The notes: a model not told the origin generated them from the letters alone. A DNA stretch of 64,000 nt from Clostridia bacterium (GCA_040776905.1 JAXGZQ010000004.1:13667-77666), one strand, 5' to 3'; counted from the stretch's first letter, positions 1 to 9,988 are shown. Translations and numbers: made by a program.

Positions 1-270
1 CAGTCCCTGTCCGCGCTCACTGTGCCGATCCGGCTCTACCGCGATCTCAACCACACGGGTCAGAATATCAACATAACTGAATGAAACGGTTTCCTGATAC
101 GTTTTATGCTGACAGCAGCGAACGGTAAATACATTGGGATAACAGTTGTCCAGAATGCCTTCCTGAACGATCGTCCGCTTTCTTCCACCGCTGGATTTGA
201 GTTTGACACGTCGCCCGACATAGGCCTGCATACCTCTTCGGCAGATATCAAGATCGGCTTTTGCAATCAT
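1..270 (-). CDS. veg: Veg family small protein (DUF1021); the C-terminus runs off the window
   Basis: My own minus-strand translation from the ATG at 270 (GGAGG at 281-285) reads MIAKADLDICRRGMQAYVGRRVKLKSSGGRKRTIVQEGILDNCYPNVFTVRCCQHKTYQETVSFSYVDILTRVVEI... and stays open to position 1. It fits the Veg pattern (RV.LK..GGRK...G.L...YP.VF.V...S.SY.DILT). It is missing from the ORF track because no stop lies inside the window. Confidence 0.7.
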   Translation of the reverse strand, partial: MIAKADLDICRRGMQAYVGRRVKLKSSGGRKRTIVQEGILDNCYPNVFTVRCCQHKTYQETVSFSYVDILTRVVEIAVEPDRHSERGQGL

Positions 271-454
271 CTTTCATTTACCTCCGGCTGCTGTAATTCC
301 CCCTGTGACTTGAATGAGACCCCTTGACAGCCATTCTAGCACTTTCGTACACTAAAGTCAACGACGGCACCACGCCTTGTGGTTAATCTGCCGAAATTAC
401 CCAAAATATTGTAGAAGCACCTTGACACGCATCAGGGTGTCATGAGGATTATCT

Positions 455-2125
455 ATGCTTTCTGACATCGAAATCGCCCAGAACGCCCGACCCAGACCGA
501 TCAGCGAGATCATCGAATCGCTCGGTATCCGGCCGGATGAATGGGATCCACGGGGACACCATGTCGCCAAACTGGATGACCGGCTTCTGACCCGGCTGCA
601 GGATCGCCCGGACGGACGGCTGGTCCTGGTCACCGCGGTCAATCCGACTCCGTCGGGAGAGGGCAAGACCACCACAACGGTCGGTCTCGGCCAGGCGCTT
701 TGTCAGTTGGGCCAGCAGGCGATCATTGCCCTGCGTGAACCATCGCTCGGGCCGGTTTTCGGAATGAAAGGCGGAGCGGCCGGCGGCGGCTATGCCCAGG
801 TGCTGCCGATGGAATCGATCAATCTTCACTTCACCGGTGATATCCATGCGGTTACGGCCGCGAACAATCTGCTTGCGGCTCTGATCGACAATCACCTTCA
901 GCAGGGCAATCACCTGGGAATCGATCCGCGCCAGATCAGCTGGAAACGATGTCTTGACATGAATGACCGCGCCCTGCGCCATCTGGTGATCGGCCTGGGG
1001 GGGAGCACAAGCGGCGTACCGCGTGAAGACGGTTTCCAGATCAGTGTCGCTTCAGAAGTCATGGCGGTTCTCTGCCTGGCCGACAGCTATTCAGACCTCA
1101 AGCATCGTCTGAGCCGCATCGTGGTCGCACAGACTTATGACGGGCGTCCTGTGACAGCCGAGGATCTTCAGGCGGACGGAGCGATGGCCGCGCTGTTGAC
1201 TGATGCCATGCGTCCGAATCTCGTTCAGACACTTGAGGGAACGCCGGCACTGATGCACGGCGGTCCGTTCGCCAACATCGCGCATGGCTGCAACAGTTTA
1301 TCCGCGACCCGCCTCGGCTTGAAACTGGGCGACATTCTCGTTACGGAAGCGGGCTTCGGCGCCGACCTCGGCGCGGAAAAGTTTTTTGACATAAAATGCC
1401 GCAGCGGTGCCCTGCGCCCCGACGCGGCGGTACTTGTCGCGACTGTCCGGGCCTTAAAATATAACGGTGGAGTCCCCCGTTCACAGCTCAGTCAGGAAAA
1501 TCTCCCAGCTCTACAGCGCGGAATCGTCAATCTGGAAAAACATATTGAGAATATCCGCCAGTTTGGTGTCCCGTGCCTGGTCGCTCTGAATGCCTTCCCG
1601 GATGATACAGAGGCTGAAATTCAGGTGATTCGCGACACCTGTGCCCGGCATGGCGTGGGAGTGTCTGTCTCGGAAGTTTTCAGCCGCGGCGGTGCCGGCG
1701 GCCTTGATCTGGCGGAAAAGCTGCTGCGGTTGTTTGAATCTGAGCCAGCTGATTTCCAGCCTCTCTATCCGCTGGATTGCCCGCTTGAGGAAAAGATGCG
1801 CCGGATCGCCTGCCGCCTTTACGGTGCCGATGACATTGCCCTGACAGCACCGGCGCGCCGCCAGCTTGAATGGCTGGAACAGCATGGATTTTCCAATTTG
1901 CCGGTCTGTATGGCGAAAACCCAGTATTCCCTGTCGGATGATCCGACCAAACTGGGCCGGCCTGAAGGCTTCACCCTGACAGTCCGCGAACTGACGGTTT
2001 CCGCCGGCGCGGGCTTCGTTGTCGCTCTGACCGGCAATATCCTGACCATGCCCGGACTGCCCGCCAAACCGGCCGCCGAGACGATTGATATTGATGATAA
2101 CGGAACCATCAGTGGATTGTTCTGA
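455..2125 (+). CDS. fhs: Formate--tetrahydrofolate ligase
   Basis: 556-aa ORF containing the FTHFS nucleotide loop [15 protein letters not shown] and the later [10 protein letters not shown] motif. The length is typical for the family. Confidence 0.95.
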   Translation: MLSDIEIAQNARPRPISEIIESLGIRPDEWDPRGHHVAKLDDRLLTRLQDRPDGRLVLVTAVNPTPSGEGKTTTTVGLGQALCQLGQQAIIALREPSLGPVFGMKGGAAGGGYAQVLPMESINLHFTGDIHAVTAANNLLAALIDNHLQQGNHLGIDPRQISWKRCLDMNDRALRHLVIGLGGSTSGVPREDGFQISVASEVMAVLCLADSYSDLKHRLSRIVVAQTYDGRPVTAEDLQADGAMAALLTDAMRPNLVQTLEGTPALMHGGPFANIAHGCNSLSATRLGLKLGDILVTEAGFGADLGAEKFFDIKCRSGALRPDAAVLVATVRALKYNGGVPRSQLSQENLPALQRGIVNLEKHIENIRQFGVPCLVALNAFPDDTEAEIQVIRDTCARHGVGVSVSEVFSRGGAGGLDLAEKLLRLFESEPADFQPLYPLDCPLEEKMRRIACRLYGADDIALTAPARRQLEWLEQHGFSNLPVCMAKTQYSLSDDPTKLGRPEGFTLTVRELTVSAGAGFVVALTGNILTMPGLPAKPAAETIDIDDNGTISGLF

Positions 2126-2205
2126 CTCGCATTAACCAGTCAGAGGCCAGCAGCCGCTCAGCGGAAGAACGGGGATCGGCCGCGGCAGACGGACCGGCGA
2201 TTCAT

Positions 2206-2235
2206 CTGGAAGACATCCGTTTGTTGTGATATAAT
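2206..2235 (+). promoter_or_regulatory. Sigma-70-type promoter for the SRP RNA (extended -10)
   Basis: CTGGAA at 2206-2211, an 18-nt spacer, and TGaTATAAT at 2227-2235. This lies about 10-20 nt upstream of the SRP RNA helix. Confidence 0.5.
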
Positions 2236-2244
2236 AGGCAAGCA

Positions 2245-2390
2245 TTGTAACGCCATGTCTGATCTGCAGTCGATCGCCGGTCCTGTGCGATGTGGCCCGT
2301 GAACCCCGTCAGGTCCGGAAGGAAGCAGCGGTAAGCGGTCTCCCACATGTGCCGCGGGGCAACCGGTGTCGGCTGCAGATCAGACAGGGT
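2245..2390 (+). ncRNA. ffs: Small (4.5S-type) signal recognition particle RNA
   Basis: An exact domain IV motif, CAGGTCCGGAAGGAAGCAGC, lies at 2310-2329. It sits inside a long hairpin whose closing stem (2257-2269, GTCTGATCTGCAG) is perfectly complementary to 2373-2385 (CTGCAGATCAGAC). The position directly upstream of dnaX is the classic Firmicutes arrangement. The end coordinates are approximate. Confidence 0.85.
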
Positions 2391-2444
2391 GTTTTCCATA
2401 TCTGGAGGATGATAACATCAGACCAGGGACCAGGGGGTAACAGC

Positions 2445-4283
2445 ATGTCGCATCTCGCTTTATATCGTGCCTGGCGGCCAATGATTTTCGATGAAGTGGT
2501 CGAACAGAAACATGCCGTCTACGCATTACGCCAGGCGGTCATCAGCGGCCAGATCGCGCATGCGTATCTATTCAGCGGAACTCGGGGAACCGGAAAAACA
2601 ACCCTGGCAAAAATTTTCTCCCGTGCCATCAACTGCCTGAACCCGAATGACGGGAATCCCTGCAACCAGTGTGAGATCTGCCGCGGTATCCTGGACGGCA
2701 GCCTGCTCGACGTTGTGGAGATGGACGCAGCTTCCAACAACAGTGTCGACAATATCCGCAGAATCTGTGATGAAGTCATTTTCATGCCGTCACAGGCCCG
2801 TTTCAAAGTCTACATCATTGACGAAGTCCATATGCTTTCGACCGGCGCTTTCAATGCCCTGCTCAAAACACTGGAAGAACCGCCGTCCCACGCTGTCTTT
2901 ATCCTGGCGACAACTGAGCCTCACCGCATTCCGGCAACGATCCTTTCACGCTGCCAGCGGTATGAGTTTCGCCGGATCCCCATCGAAAGCCTGATCAGCC
3001 GCCTGGAAGAAATTGCGCGGACGGACGGCATTGATATTCAGCCGGATGCACTCAGGACCATCGCGCTGCTGGCTGATGGGGCCATGCGGGACGCGATCAG
3101 CCTGCTGGACCAGGCGCGGGGCGGTCTTTCAGGAACGATCCGCCGCGACGATATTCTCAGCCTGGTCGGTGTCGTTCAGGATGAATTCATGCAATCGATC
3201 GCGGAGGCGCTGCACGATGCTGACCCGGCAAAAATTCTGGCACTAATTGATCAACTGGTGATGGCCGGACGCGATATTGTCCGCTTTGTGATTGATCTGG
3301 CCCAATTTTTCCGCGATCTTCTTGTCTGCCGGGTCTCCGATCATCCGGAAGCGCTGATTCACGTCACCGATGAGACCTTGTCCGCCATGCGCGATCTCAG
3401 TTGGCGCGGCCAGGCGTCCGAATGGGTCGGCATGGTTCAGGGTTTGTCCGCTCTGCTGCCGGATCTGCGCTGGGCCGGCGATCCCCGGGTCACATTGGAG
3501 ATCGGCCTTATCCGCCTGATGGGCCAGTCGCAGGCTGCTGAACAAACGCAGGCGCCGTCCGCGCCGACACCGAAAAGCACGGCAAAGACAGCTGGCAGAC
3601 AGGCTGAAACCCGGTCTGATACACCTGTCCCGACCGGCCCCGGCCAGAAAAATCAGCCGCAGACGCCCGCCCGTGAAGAAAAGAAGGCAGATTCCACCAC
3701 GCTGACAGCCCGGGAAGAAATCGAGTTTATCAATGGTGATGCGGTCCAACCGGTCGATACGGCTCAGACCAGTGAGGCTGAACCGGTCCAGGCGGATCGT
3801 CAGCCGAAATCTGTTGATGAACCGCTGCCGGAACCGCCGCCGGATGATGATGAAATCGTTACGCCCATGACGGAGCATGAAGCGCCCGCGCAGAACACCG
3901 CACCGTCAGAGGCGATCACTGAACAGGCACCGCCGAACGCAGCGGCGATCTGGCAGAAGATATCAACCGGGCTGCAGGACAGCGGCCATATGACCCTGTA
4001 CCTGTTCAGCCGGCCGGCCAGGCCCGTCATCAAAGGGCATGCGCTGCAGCTCATATTTGATCAGCAGTCGCAGATCCACTGGCAGGAGGTCAGCCGCCCC
4101 GAATCAGTAAAAATTCTCAAAGACATGTTGAAACAGTCTGGCGGACAAGGCCTGGAGATCGAGCCGATTCTGCCTGAGGCAGGCCAGGCTGATCTGGTTG
4201 AAGCAAATTCGGAGCCTGACTGGATCAGTCAGGTTGTCGCAACAGCCGATGAACTCGGCATACCCATTAAGATGGAGGAATAA
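2445..4283 (+). CDS. dnaX: DNA polymerase III subunit gamma/tau
   Basis: Walker A GTRGTGKTT, Walker B DEVHML, the Zn module CNQCEICRGI, and a P/Q/T/E-rich linker in the C-terminal half. I place the start at ATG 2445 (MSHLALYRAWRP), preceded by CAGGGGG. The track ORF start at 2292 (GTG) overlaps the SRP RNA. Confidence 0.93.
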   Translation: MSHLALYRAWRPMIFDEVVEQKHAVYALRQAVISGQIAHAYLFSGTRGTGKTTLAKIFSRAINCLNPNDGNPCNQCEICRGILDGSLLDVVEMDAASNNSVDNIRRICDEVIFMPSQARFKVYIIDEVHMLSTGAFNALLKTLEEPPSHAVFILATTEPHRIPATILSRCQRYEFRRIPIESLISRLEEIARTDGIDIQPDALRTIALLADGAMRDAISLLDQARGGLSGTIRRDDILSLVGVVQDEFMQSIAEALHDADPAKILALIDQLVMAGRDIVRFVIDLAQFFRDLLVCRVSDHPEALIHVTDETLSAMRDLSWRGQASEWVGMVQGLSALLPDLRWAGDPRVTLEIGLIRLMGQSQAAEQTQAPSAPTPKSTAKTAGRQAETRSDTPVPTGPGQKNQPQTPAREEKKADSTTLTAREEIEFINGDAVQPVDTAQTSEAEPVQADRQPKSVDEPLPEPPPDDDEIVTPMTEHEAPAQNTAPSEAITEQAPPNAAAIWQKISTGLQDSGHMTLYLFSRPARPVIKGHALQLIFDQQSQIHWQEVSRPESVKILKDMLKQSGGQGLEIEPILPEAGQADLVEANSEPDWISQVVATADELGIPIKMEE

Positions 4284-4285
4284 AC

Positions 4286-4636
4286 ATGGCAAAAGGACCC
4301 AGAGGATTTCGCGGAGCCCCCGCGGGCGGCGGTATGAACCAGTACATGCAGCAGGCTCAGAAACTGCAGCGTGATATGGAGAAAGCACAGGAAGACATCG
4401 CCGCCATGACGTGTGAAGGAACAGCCGGCGGACAAGTGGTTCGCGCCGTCATGGACGGCCAGCACCGGCTCGTCGAACTGGCAATTGACCCGGCCGCTGT
4501 AGATGCCGATGATGTCGAGATGCTGCAGGATCTGATCATGGTCGCAGTCAACGCGGCACGTGATAAGCTGGAAGAAGCCTCGAATGAACGAATGAGTCAG
4601 GTAACGGGCGGCCGCGGCCTGCCGTTTGGTCTCTGA
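4286..4636 (+). CDS. ybaB: YbaB/EbfC nucleoid-associated protein
   Basis: 116 aa beginning [23 protein letters not shown]. It sits in the conserved dnaX-ybaB-recR order. Confidence 0.9.
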   Translation: MAKGPRGFRGAPAGGGMNQYMQQAQKLQRDMEKAQEDIAAMTCEGTAGGQVVRAVMDGQHRLVELAIDPAAVDADDVEMLQDLIMVAVNAARDKLEEASNERMSQVTGGRGLPFGL

Positions 4637-4638
4637 GG

Positions 4639-5241
4639 ATGGCCCGCTACGCCGCGCCGATCGCCAAACTGATCGCTGAACTGGGCCGGTTGCCCGGGAT
4701 CGGCAGCAAATCAGCACAACGGCTCGCTTTTTACCTGCTTGGCCAGCCGGAAGAGCAGGTCAGAAATCTGGCTGAAGCGATTCTCGATGCCCGGACTTCA
4801 ACCAGGCTCTGTTCCGTCTGTTGCAATCTGACCGATCAGGACCCATGCCAGATCTGCCAGTCACCCGGCCGTGACCACAGTACCATCTGTGTTGTCGAGC
4901 AGCCCCGTGATGTCTCGGCCATGGAACGGATTCACGAATATAAGGGACTTTATCATGTTCTTCACGGCGTCATCTCGCCGATGCAGAATATCGGCCCTGA
5001 TCAGATCAAGCTGCGCGAACTGCTGGCCAGACTGCGCAGTGATGATCATGTCAGCGAAGTCATCCTGGCCACCAACTCAACGGTTGAAGGTGAAGCGACG
5101 GCGATGTATATCTCACGGCTGCTCAAGCCGGCCGGAATCAAGACAACCCGTCTGGCCCACGGACTGCCGGTCGGCAGTGATCTCGAATACGCTGATGAAG
5201 TCACGCTGGCCCGCGCGATGGAGGGTCGGCGGGAACTGTAA
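4639..5241 (+). CDS. recR: Recombination protein RecR
   Basis: 200 aa with an HhH N-terminus ([14 protein letters not shown]), the C4 zinc finger [16 protein letters not shown], and a Toprim region. Confidence 0.95.
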   Translation: MARYAAPIAKLIAELGRLPGIGSKSAQRLAFYLLGQPEEQVRNLAEAILDARTSTRLCSVCCNLTDQDPCQICQSPGRDHSTICVVEQPRDVSAMERIHEYKGLYHVLHGVISPMQNIGPDQIKLRELLARLRSDDHVSEVILATNSTVEGEATAMYISRLLKPAGIKTTRLAHGLPVGSDLEYADEVTLARAMEGRREL

Positions 5242-5289
5242 TCTGATGAGCCCTGCCCCGGCCGGAGCGGCAGAAAAAAAGCCCATGAA

Positions 5290-5318
5290 AAAACCGCATT
5301 CGTTTGGAATGCGGTTTT
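5290..5318. terminator. Bidirectional intrinsic terminator between recR and divIC
   Basis: AAAACCGCATTC ... GAATGCGGTTTT forms a perfect stem flanked by an A-run and a T-run. It lies between convergent genes. Confidence 0.7.
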
Positions 5319-5634
5319 AGTCTTCAAAGACAATTTCGTTCGGTCTGACCATGCCAAGTTGATCCCGGGCGACCCGTTCAATGTATTCATCCGTGTCGAC
5401 CAGGCTGCTCAATTCCAGTAATTCCGCCTGTTCGGCCTGGATGATCAGAAGTTGTCGGTCGAGGATTTCCCGTTGCGCCCGCATCCGCTCAATCCGTTCT
5501 TCCTGTTCAAAATAGATCGCGACCGCTGATGCCGCAGCAAAAACAATAATCAGGCCGATGGTGATGCGAAGCAGCACATGACGGTTTTTCTTCTGGGTAG
5601 CATTTTTTTGTCGGCTGCCTACAAGCATATCCAT
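5317..5634 (-). CDS. divIC: Septum formation initiator (FtsB/DivIC family)
   Basis: 105 aa with one N-terminal TM segment (LLRITIGLIIVFAAASAVAIYF), a coiled coil, and a C-terminal ARDQLGMVRPNEIVF signature. Confidence 0.8.
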   Translation of the reverse strand: MDMLVGSRQKNATQKKNRHVLLRITIGLIIVFAAASAVAIYFEQEERIERMRAQREILDRQLLIIQAEQAELLELSSLVDTDEYIERVARDQLGMVRPNEIVFED

Positions 5635-5772
5635 TCCTTTCGGCCAATCAGTGTCTTTATTCTAATTCGGCTGCTGCTAAAGAACAAGGCTGCAACGCGT
5701 CAGGATGCCCGAAATCATACGATTTTAATGACTGTAATCAAAACGTAACAACCTTTCGGCTGACCAAGTGGC

Positions 5773-6039
5773 TCAGTTCAGTTCACCCGGCTGTCCGCTG
5801 TCCAGAATTACATACAATTCCTGTGCCTGTTCCTTGCGAACGGTCTCGCGGACTTCGCGAATCTGAATGCGCGAGCGTCCCTGGCCAAAGGTGATTTCCA
5901 GGATATCACCCGGCTTGACTTCAGCACCGGGTTTGGCCGGCCGGCCATTCAGGGCAACCCGGCCAGAACTGCAGATTTCATTGGCGACAGACCGTCGCTT
6001 GATCAGTCGCGATACTTTGAGAAATTTATCCAGTCTCAT
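5773..6039 (-). CDS. yabO: S4-domain RNA-binding protein (YabO/Hsp15-like)
   Basis: MRLDKFLKVSRLIKRRSVANEICSSGRVALNGRPAKPG is an S4 motif. The ATG at 6039 directly abuts the mazG stop codon. The track start at 6072 is probably too long. Confidence 0.8.
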   Translation of the reverse strand: MRLDKFLKVSRLIKRRSVANEICSSGRVALNGRPAKPGAEVKPGDILEITFGQGRSRIQIREVRETVRKEQAQELYVILDSGQPGELN

Positions 6040-6923
6040 TTTGCTTTCTCCTTCTCTTTCGCCTGATCCCATAATTGATCAAGCTGTTCAAGGTTCAGAT
6101 CCGCCAGATCATCCCCGGCAGCCTCCGCCTGGTATTCCATAAGGCTGAACCGCTGAACAAAGCGGTTCGAAGCACGGTCCAGGGCAAGCTCCGGCTGTAC
6201 ACCCAGATGGCGTGCATAATTGACGACCGCGAACAACAGATCTCCCACCTCATCCATCAGATGCTCCGACGGGAGCGTGGCATCCGATCCGGTGGATTGA
6301 TCAACCCGGCCATCAGCGTCCTGGCTGTTTGATCCAGCCAGACAGTCGACGATCTCAGCCAGTTCTTCGTGGATTTTGCCCAGTGGTCCCGAGGGGTCGG
6401 GCCAGTCAAATCCAACTCGAGCAGCCCGTTGCTGGATCTTATAGCTGCGCTGCAGGGCCGGCAGGTGGCGCGGCAGATCAGCCAGCACTTCGCTTTGACG
6501 CTTCTGGCCTTTTTCCTGACGTTTATTTTTCTCCCACGTCGCGAGGACTTCCTCAGCGGTTGCCGCCTGATCATCACCGAAAATATGGGTATGCCGGGAA
6601 ATCAGCTTGCGGCTGATCGCGGTCATGACATCTGAAAAATCAAACTGATCGTTTTCTGACGCGATCTGAGCATGAAAGACAACCTGCATCAAAACGTCGC
6701 CCAGCTCATCGCACAGGCGTTCCGGATTCTCACTGTCAATGGCGTCGATGGCCTCATAGGCTTCCTCGATCAGATGCGGCTTCAGTGAGCGATGGGTTTG
6801 TTCACGATCCCAGGGACAACCATCCGGAGCCCGCAGAAGCGCCATGATGTCCAGCAGTTCCTGCATTGAATAGTGCGATTTTAACGGCAGGTGAGTCTTG
6901 TTCGGTATTTGATTCTGATCCAT
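6036..6923 (-). CDS. mazG: MazG-family nucleoside triphosphate pyrophosphohydrolase
   Basis: Tandem MazG motifs are present (EEAYEAIDAI, ELGDVLMQVVFHA, EELAEIVD, EVGDLLFAVVNYA). I place the start at ATG 6923, behind GAGGAG. Confidence 0.88.
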   Translation of the reverse strand: MDQNQIPNKTHLPLKSHYSMQELLDIMALLRAPDGCPWDREQTHRSLKPHLIEEAYEAIDAIDSENPERLCDELGDVLMQVVFHAQIASENDQFDFSDVMTAISRKLISRHTHIFGDDQAATAEEVLATWEKNKRQEKGQKRQSEVLADLPRHLPALQRSYKIQQRAARVGFDWPDPSGPLGKIHEELAEIVDCLAGSNSQDADGRVDQSTGSDATLPSEHLMDEVGDLLFAVVNYARHLGVQPELALDRASNRFVQRFSLMEYQAEAAGDDLADLNLEQLDQLWDQAKEKEKAK

Positions 6924-6937
6924 CTTTATCTCCTCGG

Positions 6938-7210
6938 TCAGTCCATCCACCGTATTTGCAAACGGTCAAACATGATCGGATCGGAAAACTGTTCACGGAA
7001 AAACAGAGTCTGATGAAAGCGGGCAAATTCTTTCGTATTTTTCTCCATCCAGAGCGGGAGCGGGATATTAAGTTCATGGCACGCGTCAACCAGACAGCGC
7101 TCCAGCTGGCGGCTGAAACGCTCATCTGACTGGCCGCGGTCAATCGTAACCGACGCCAGCATCAAATTCGCCCGATAAAGATTTGCCTGCAGTTTCAAAA
7201 ATACCTCCAT
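6938..7210 (-). CDS. Hypothetical protein (90 aa)
   Basis: The ORF sits on the same strand just upstream of mazG. It has no recognisable motif and a weak RBS. Confidence 0.35.
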   Translation of the reverse strand: MEVFLKLQANLYRANLMLASVTIDRGQSDERFSRQLERCLVDACHELNIPLPLWMEKNTKEFARFHQTLFFREQFSDPIMFDRLQIRWMD

Positions 7211-7317
7211 GTCCGCTTAACAGATTATTCACGGATCGACCACGTTATTGCTACATTTGGGTGCTATGATGAATATGCTTCTAAGGAAGCACCCCTAAAT
7301 CATAACCCCCTCCTTAT

Positions 7318-7343
7318 AATACCGGCGGCCCCCCGCCGGTATT
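7318..7343 (-). terminator. GC-rich hairpin downstream of rhaB (possible terminator or processing site)
   Basis: AATACCGGCGG-CCCC-CCGCCGGTATT forms a perfect stem 15 nt after the rhaB stop. The U-tract on the minus strand is poor. Confidence 0.35.
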
Positions 7344-7357
7344 CCTTTGTCCGTTTT

Positions 7358-8851
7358 TTAGATTGTAACACAGATCCCGCCATACCGCTGCCGGTACGAA
7401 TCAAGCGCGCTCCGCCATGCCGGCTGCTCCTGCGGCTGATAGGTCTTCAGTTCACAGGAGGCGGCGGCGACCGCGCGCGCAGCCTTCAAGTCCTTCAGAT
7501 GTCCGCCAGCCATCAGCTGTACGGCCATATTCCCCAGGGCGGTCGCTTCAGCCGGGCCGGCGATTACTGCACAGGCCGTTGCGTTTGCGGTGAATTGAGA
7601 CAACAGGCCGTCCCTGGTTCCCCCGCCGACAATATGCAGCTGCCGGTATGATTTGCCGCTGATCTGTTCAATCTGTTCCAGGGTGATACGATATTTGAGC
7701 GCCAGGCTCTCATAAATACAGCGTGCGACCTCACCACGGCTGCGCGGAACCGGCTGTCCACTGTCGCGGCACAAAGTCCTGATCCGCTCAGGCATGTCAC
7801 CCGGTGCCGCCAGAGAAGCGTCATCAGGGTCGATCAGTGAACGAAACGGCGGACTGGCCAGTGCTTCTCGCTCAATATCAGCATAACTGACTTCCGCGCC
7901 ATCCCGTATCCACTGCCGTCTTGATTCCTGGATCAGCCAGAGGCCCATGATATTTTTCAGCAGCCGTGTTGTTCTGGCAAAACCGCCTTCATTCGTAAAG
8001 TTATACTGTCTGGTTTGATCATTGATCACAGGAGCCTCTGTCTCAATACCCATGAGCGACCAGGTTCCACTGCTGATGTAGATAAAATCCGAGGTTGTCG
8101 CCGGAATGGAGACAACCGCAGCGGCAGTGTCATGTGAAGCGCCGGTCATGACCGTGATGGCATCGATGCCCAATTCGGCGCAGATGGCTGGTGACAAAGT
8201 TCCGGCCGCGGCGCCGGGATGGCGGATCGGGGCAAAAAGCCGGGCCCGCAGCCCCAGACGATCGATCAGGTTCCAGTCCCAGTCACGCTGGTTCGCGTCA
8301 AGCAGCTGTGTGGTCGAGGCCATCGTATACTCCGACTGGCGAATTCCGGTCAGCAGATAGAGCAGCAGATCCGGCATCAGCAGCAGCTGGTCAGCCCGTT
8401 CAAGCAGATCCGGACGATCGCGGCGAAGCGCGGCCAGCTGGAAAATCGTGTTGATGTTCATCAGCTGGATGCCGGTGTGACGGTAAAGTTCATCATCACT
8501 GATGACAGCAAATACATCCGGCATGACGGTTTCTGTCCGGCGGTCCCGGTAATGAACCGGCTGGTCGAGCAGATAGCCGTGTTCGTCAATCAAGCCGAAA
8601 TCAACACCCCAGGTATCAATGGCCATACTGCTGATCGGCGCATGCGGTTTGGCCAGAAGGAGCCCCTGTTTGATTTCATGAACCAGCCGCGGCAGATCCC
8701 AGTACAAAGTCTCACCGAGCATGACGGGATCATTGCTGAACCGATGCAGTTCTTCCAGTCTGATGGTCTGTCCGTCAAAACGACCGAGCATCGCTCGTCC
8801 GCTTGACGCTCCGAGATCAAACGCCAGCAGGCGGATTTCCTGATCCATCAT
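7358..8851 (-). CDS. rhaB: Rhamnulokinase (FGGY family)
   Basis: 497 aa. The N-terminus LLAFDLGASSGRAMLGRFDG...LHRFSN matches the RhaB pattern. It is adjacent to rhaA. Confidence 0.85.
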   Translation of the reverse strand: MMDQEIRLLAFDLGASSGRAMLGRFDGQTIRLEELHRFSNDPVMLGETLYWDLPRLVHEIKQGLLLAKPHAPISSMAIDTWGVDFGLIDEHGYLLDQPVHYRDRRTETVMPDVFAVISDDELYRHTGIQLMNINTIFQLAALRRDRPDLLERADQLLLMPDLLLYLLTGIRQSEYTMASTTQLLDANQRDWDWNLIDRLGLRARLFAPIRHPGAAAGTLSPAICAELGIDAITVMTGASHDTAAAVVSIPATTSDFIYISSGTWSLMGIETEAPVINDQTRQYNFTNEGGFARTTRLLKNIMGLWLIQESRRQWIRDGAEVSYADIEREALASPPFRSLIDPDDASLAAPGDMPERIRTLCRDSGQPVPRSRGEVARCIYESLALKYRITLEQIEQISGKSYRQLHIVGGGTRDGLLSQFTANATACAVIAGPAEATALGNMAVQLMAGGHLKDLKAARAVAAASCELKTYQPQEQPAWRSALDSYRQRYGGICVTI

Positions 8852-8859
8852 GTCCCTCC

Positions 8860-9984
8860 CTACTGCTCTTTTGTCAGGGTCTTGCGATAGGCTTCGCTTT
8901 CCCAGCCGCGGATGAACGCCTGTCCCGCTTCATCCATGGTCTGAACCGTATAGCCGGCCTGACTGATCTGTTGTTGAATGAAAAGAACCGCTGTCAGGGT
9001 CTGTTCGATCGTCTCCGCTTCAATTTGGCCGCAGCGATAGCAGATTGATCCATCAGCGGTCAGGATCGTCGCGGCCGCTGACAGGGGAATATCGGCCGCG
9101 ATAGCGTTCTCAATTGCCGCGTCCATCACACCGAGCTGCCCGGCCAGATAGACCAGCTGATCAGGATACAGCGCCTGTTCGGTCAGTTGTGGCAATTTCC
9201 AGTTTCCTGACGCCAGACGATCCCGCAGCCACACAGTGTCTGAATAGAAACAGTTTTCATCACCATAACATCCGGAGCGGACACGGACATCGGGCCAGGC
9301 TTCAGCCCGGGTGCCGAACGCGGCCGCCAGCCGTTGATTGACCTCTTCATGCAGCCGCACGCACTGTCCGGCGTCATCACCCGTAATGATCAGGCCGTGA
9401 TTTTGCATCAGCAGAATCTGCGGCCGCCGCCCGGTCTGTGATTCGGCGTCAGCCATGGCCCGGGCAATCGCGAATGTCAGGCGGCTGCCGGGATCCAGAT
9501 ACGGAATCCAGACAAAACCCGCCGGACCTTCAGCCAGCGCGTCCGCGGCGATCTTCTGCCCCTGGACCGAGCAGGCCGCCAGGTTCGCGTAGACCGCGTG
9601 GGTATGCAGAACATAGCGATCCAGTATCGCGTGAAATCCGGCCTCAACCGATGGACGCAGCTGAGGCAGACCATCGACAGTCTGAACGTTCTGGCGGACA
9701 TACGACGAGCCACTGGCCTCTACATCGGCAAAATCATCGGGTCGGTGCTGCGCGAAAAATGCGCGGATGGCCTGATAGTCAAGAACGGCATAGGCGTAGT
9801 CTGGCCGCATTTGATCAAGTCGGAAGCCGGACGCCTTGATCGCCATCAGGCGATCATCCAGTTTAACCGATGTATTCCCGCCGCCGCCCTGTACATAGTC
9901 AGAACGCTGACCCGCCAGGCGGGACATTTCCAGCAGGCCTTCAAGATGGGTTCGATGGTCGTCGCTTAATGTGATCGCTGTCAT
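8860..9984 (-). CDS. Class II aldolase/adducin-domain protein; likely rhamnulose-1-phosphate aldolase (RhaE-like domain without a fused dehydrogenase)
   Basis: The YVQGGGGNTSVK motif is typical of the aldolase half of the YuxG/RhaEW type, and the context is rha. I place the start at ATG 9984 (MTAITL), which avoids overlap with the rhaA stop at 9989. Confidence 0.7.
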   Translation of the reverse strand: MTAITLSDDHRTHLEGLLEMSRLAGQRSDYVQGGGGNTSVKLDDRLMAIKASGFRLDQMRPDYAYAVLDYQAIRAFFAQHRPDDFADVEASGSSYVRQNVQTVDGLPQLRPSVEAGFHAILDRYVLHTHAVYANLAACSVQGQKIAADALAEGPAGFVWIPYLDPGSRLTFAIARAMADAESQTGRRPQILLMQNHGLIITGDDAGQCVRLHEEVNQRLAAAFGTRAEAWPDVRVRSGCYGDENCFYSDTVWLRDRLASGNWKLPQLTEQALYPDQLVYLAGQLGVMDAAIENAIAADIPLSAAATILTADGSICYRCGQIEAETIEQTLTAVLFIQQQISQAGYTVQTMDEAGQAFIRGWESEAYRKTLTKEQ

Positions 9985-9988
9985 GTTC

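Noticed and set aside
300-454. Possible ZTP (pfl) or THF riboswitch in the fhs leader.
   Set aside because: I could not find the conserved ZTP elements (the GGGTCGTGAC-type 5' part and the CCGCCTGGGC-type 3' part) or a THF-like fold. Only promoter-like TTGACA boxes are visible. A covariance-model scan would settle this.
2292-2444. N-terminal 51 codons of the 663-aa dnaX ORF in the track (GTG start).
   Set aside because: This stretch overlaps the SRP RNA hairpin and motif. A good RBS and ATG with a conserved DnaX N-terminus lie at 2445.
2445-4283. Programmed -1 frameshift site in dnaX (A AAA AAG type, as in E. coli).
   Set aside because: No such heptamer was seen in the gene. The nearest A-rich stretch (GAAGAAAAGAAGG, near 3678) is not a slippery site.
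8860-9984. Reading the aldolase-domain gene and the SDR at 17910-19016 as a simple fission of bifunctional RhaEW.
   Set aside because: The SDR active-site block looks more like sorbitol-6-phosphate dehydrogenase than what I recall of RhaW. The two genes are also 8 kb apart. I kept this as an open alternative only.
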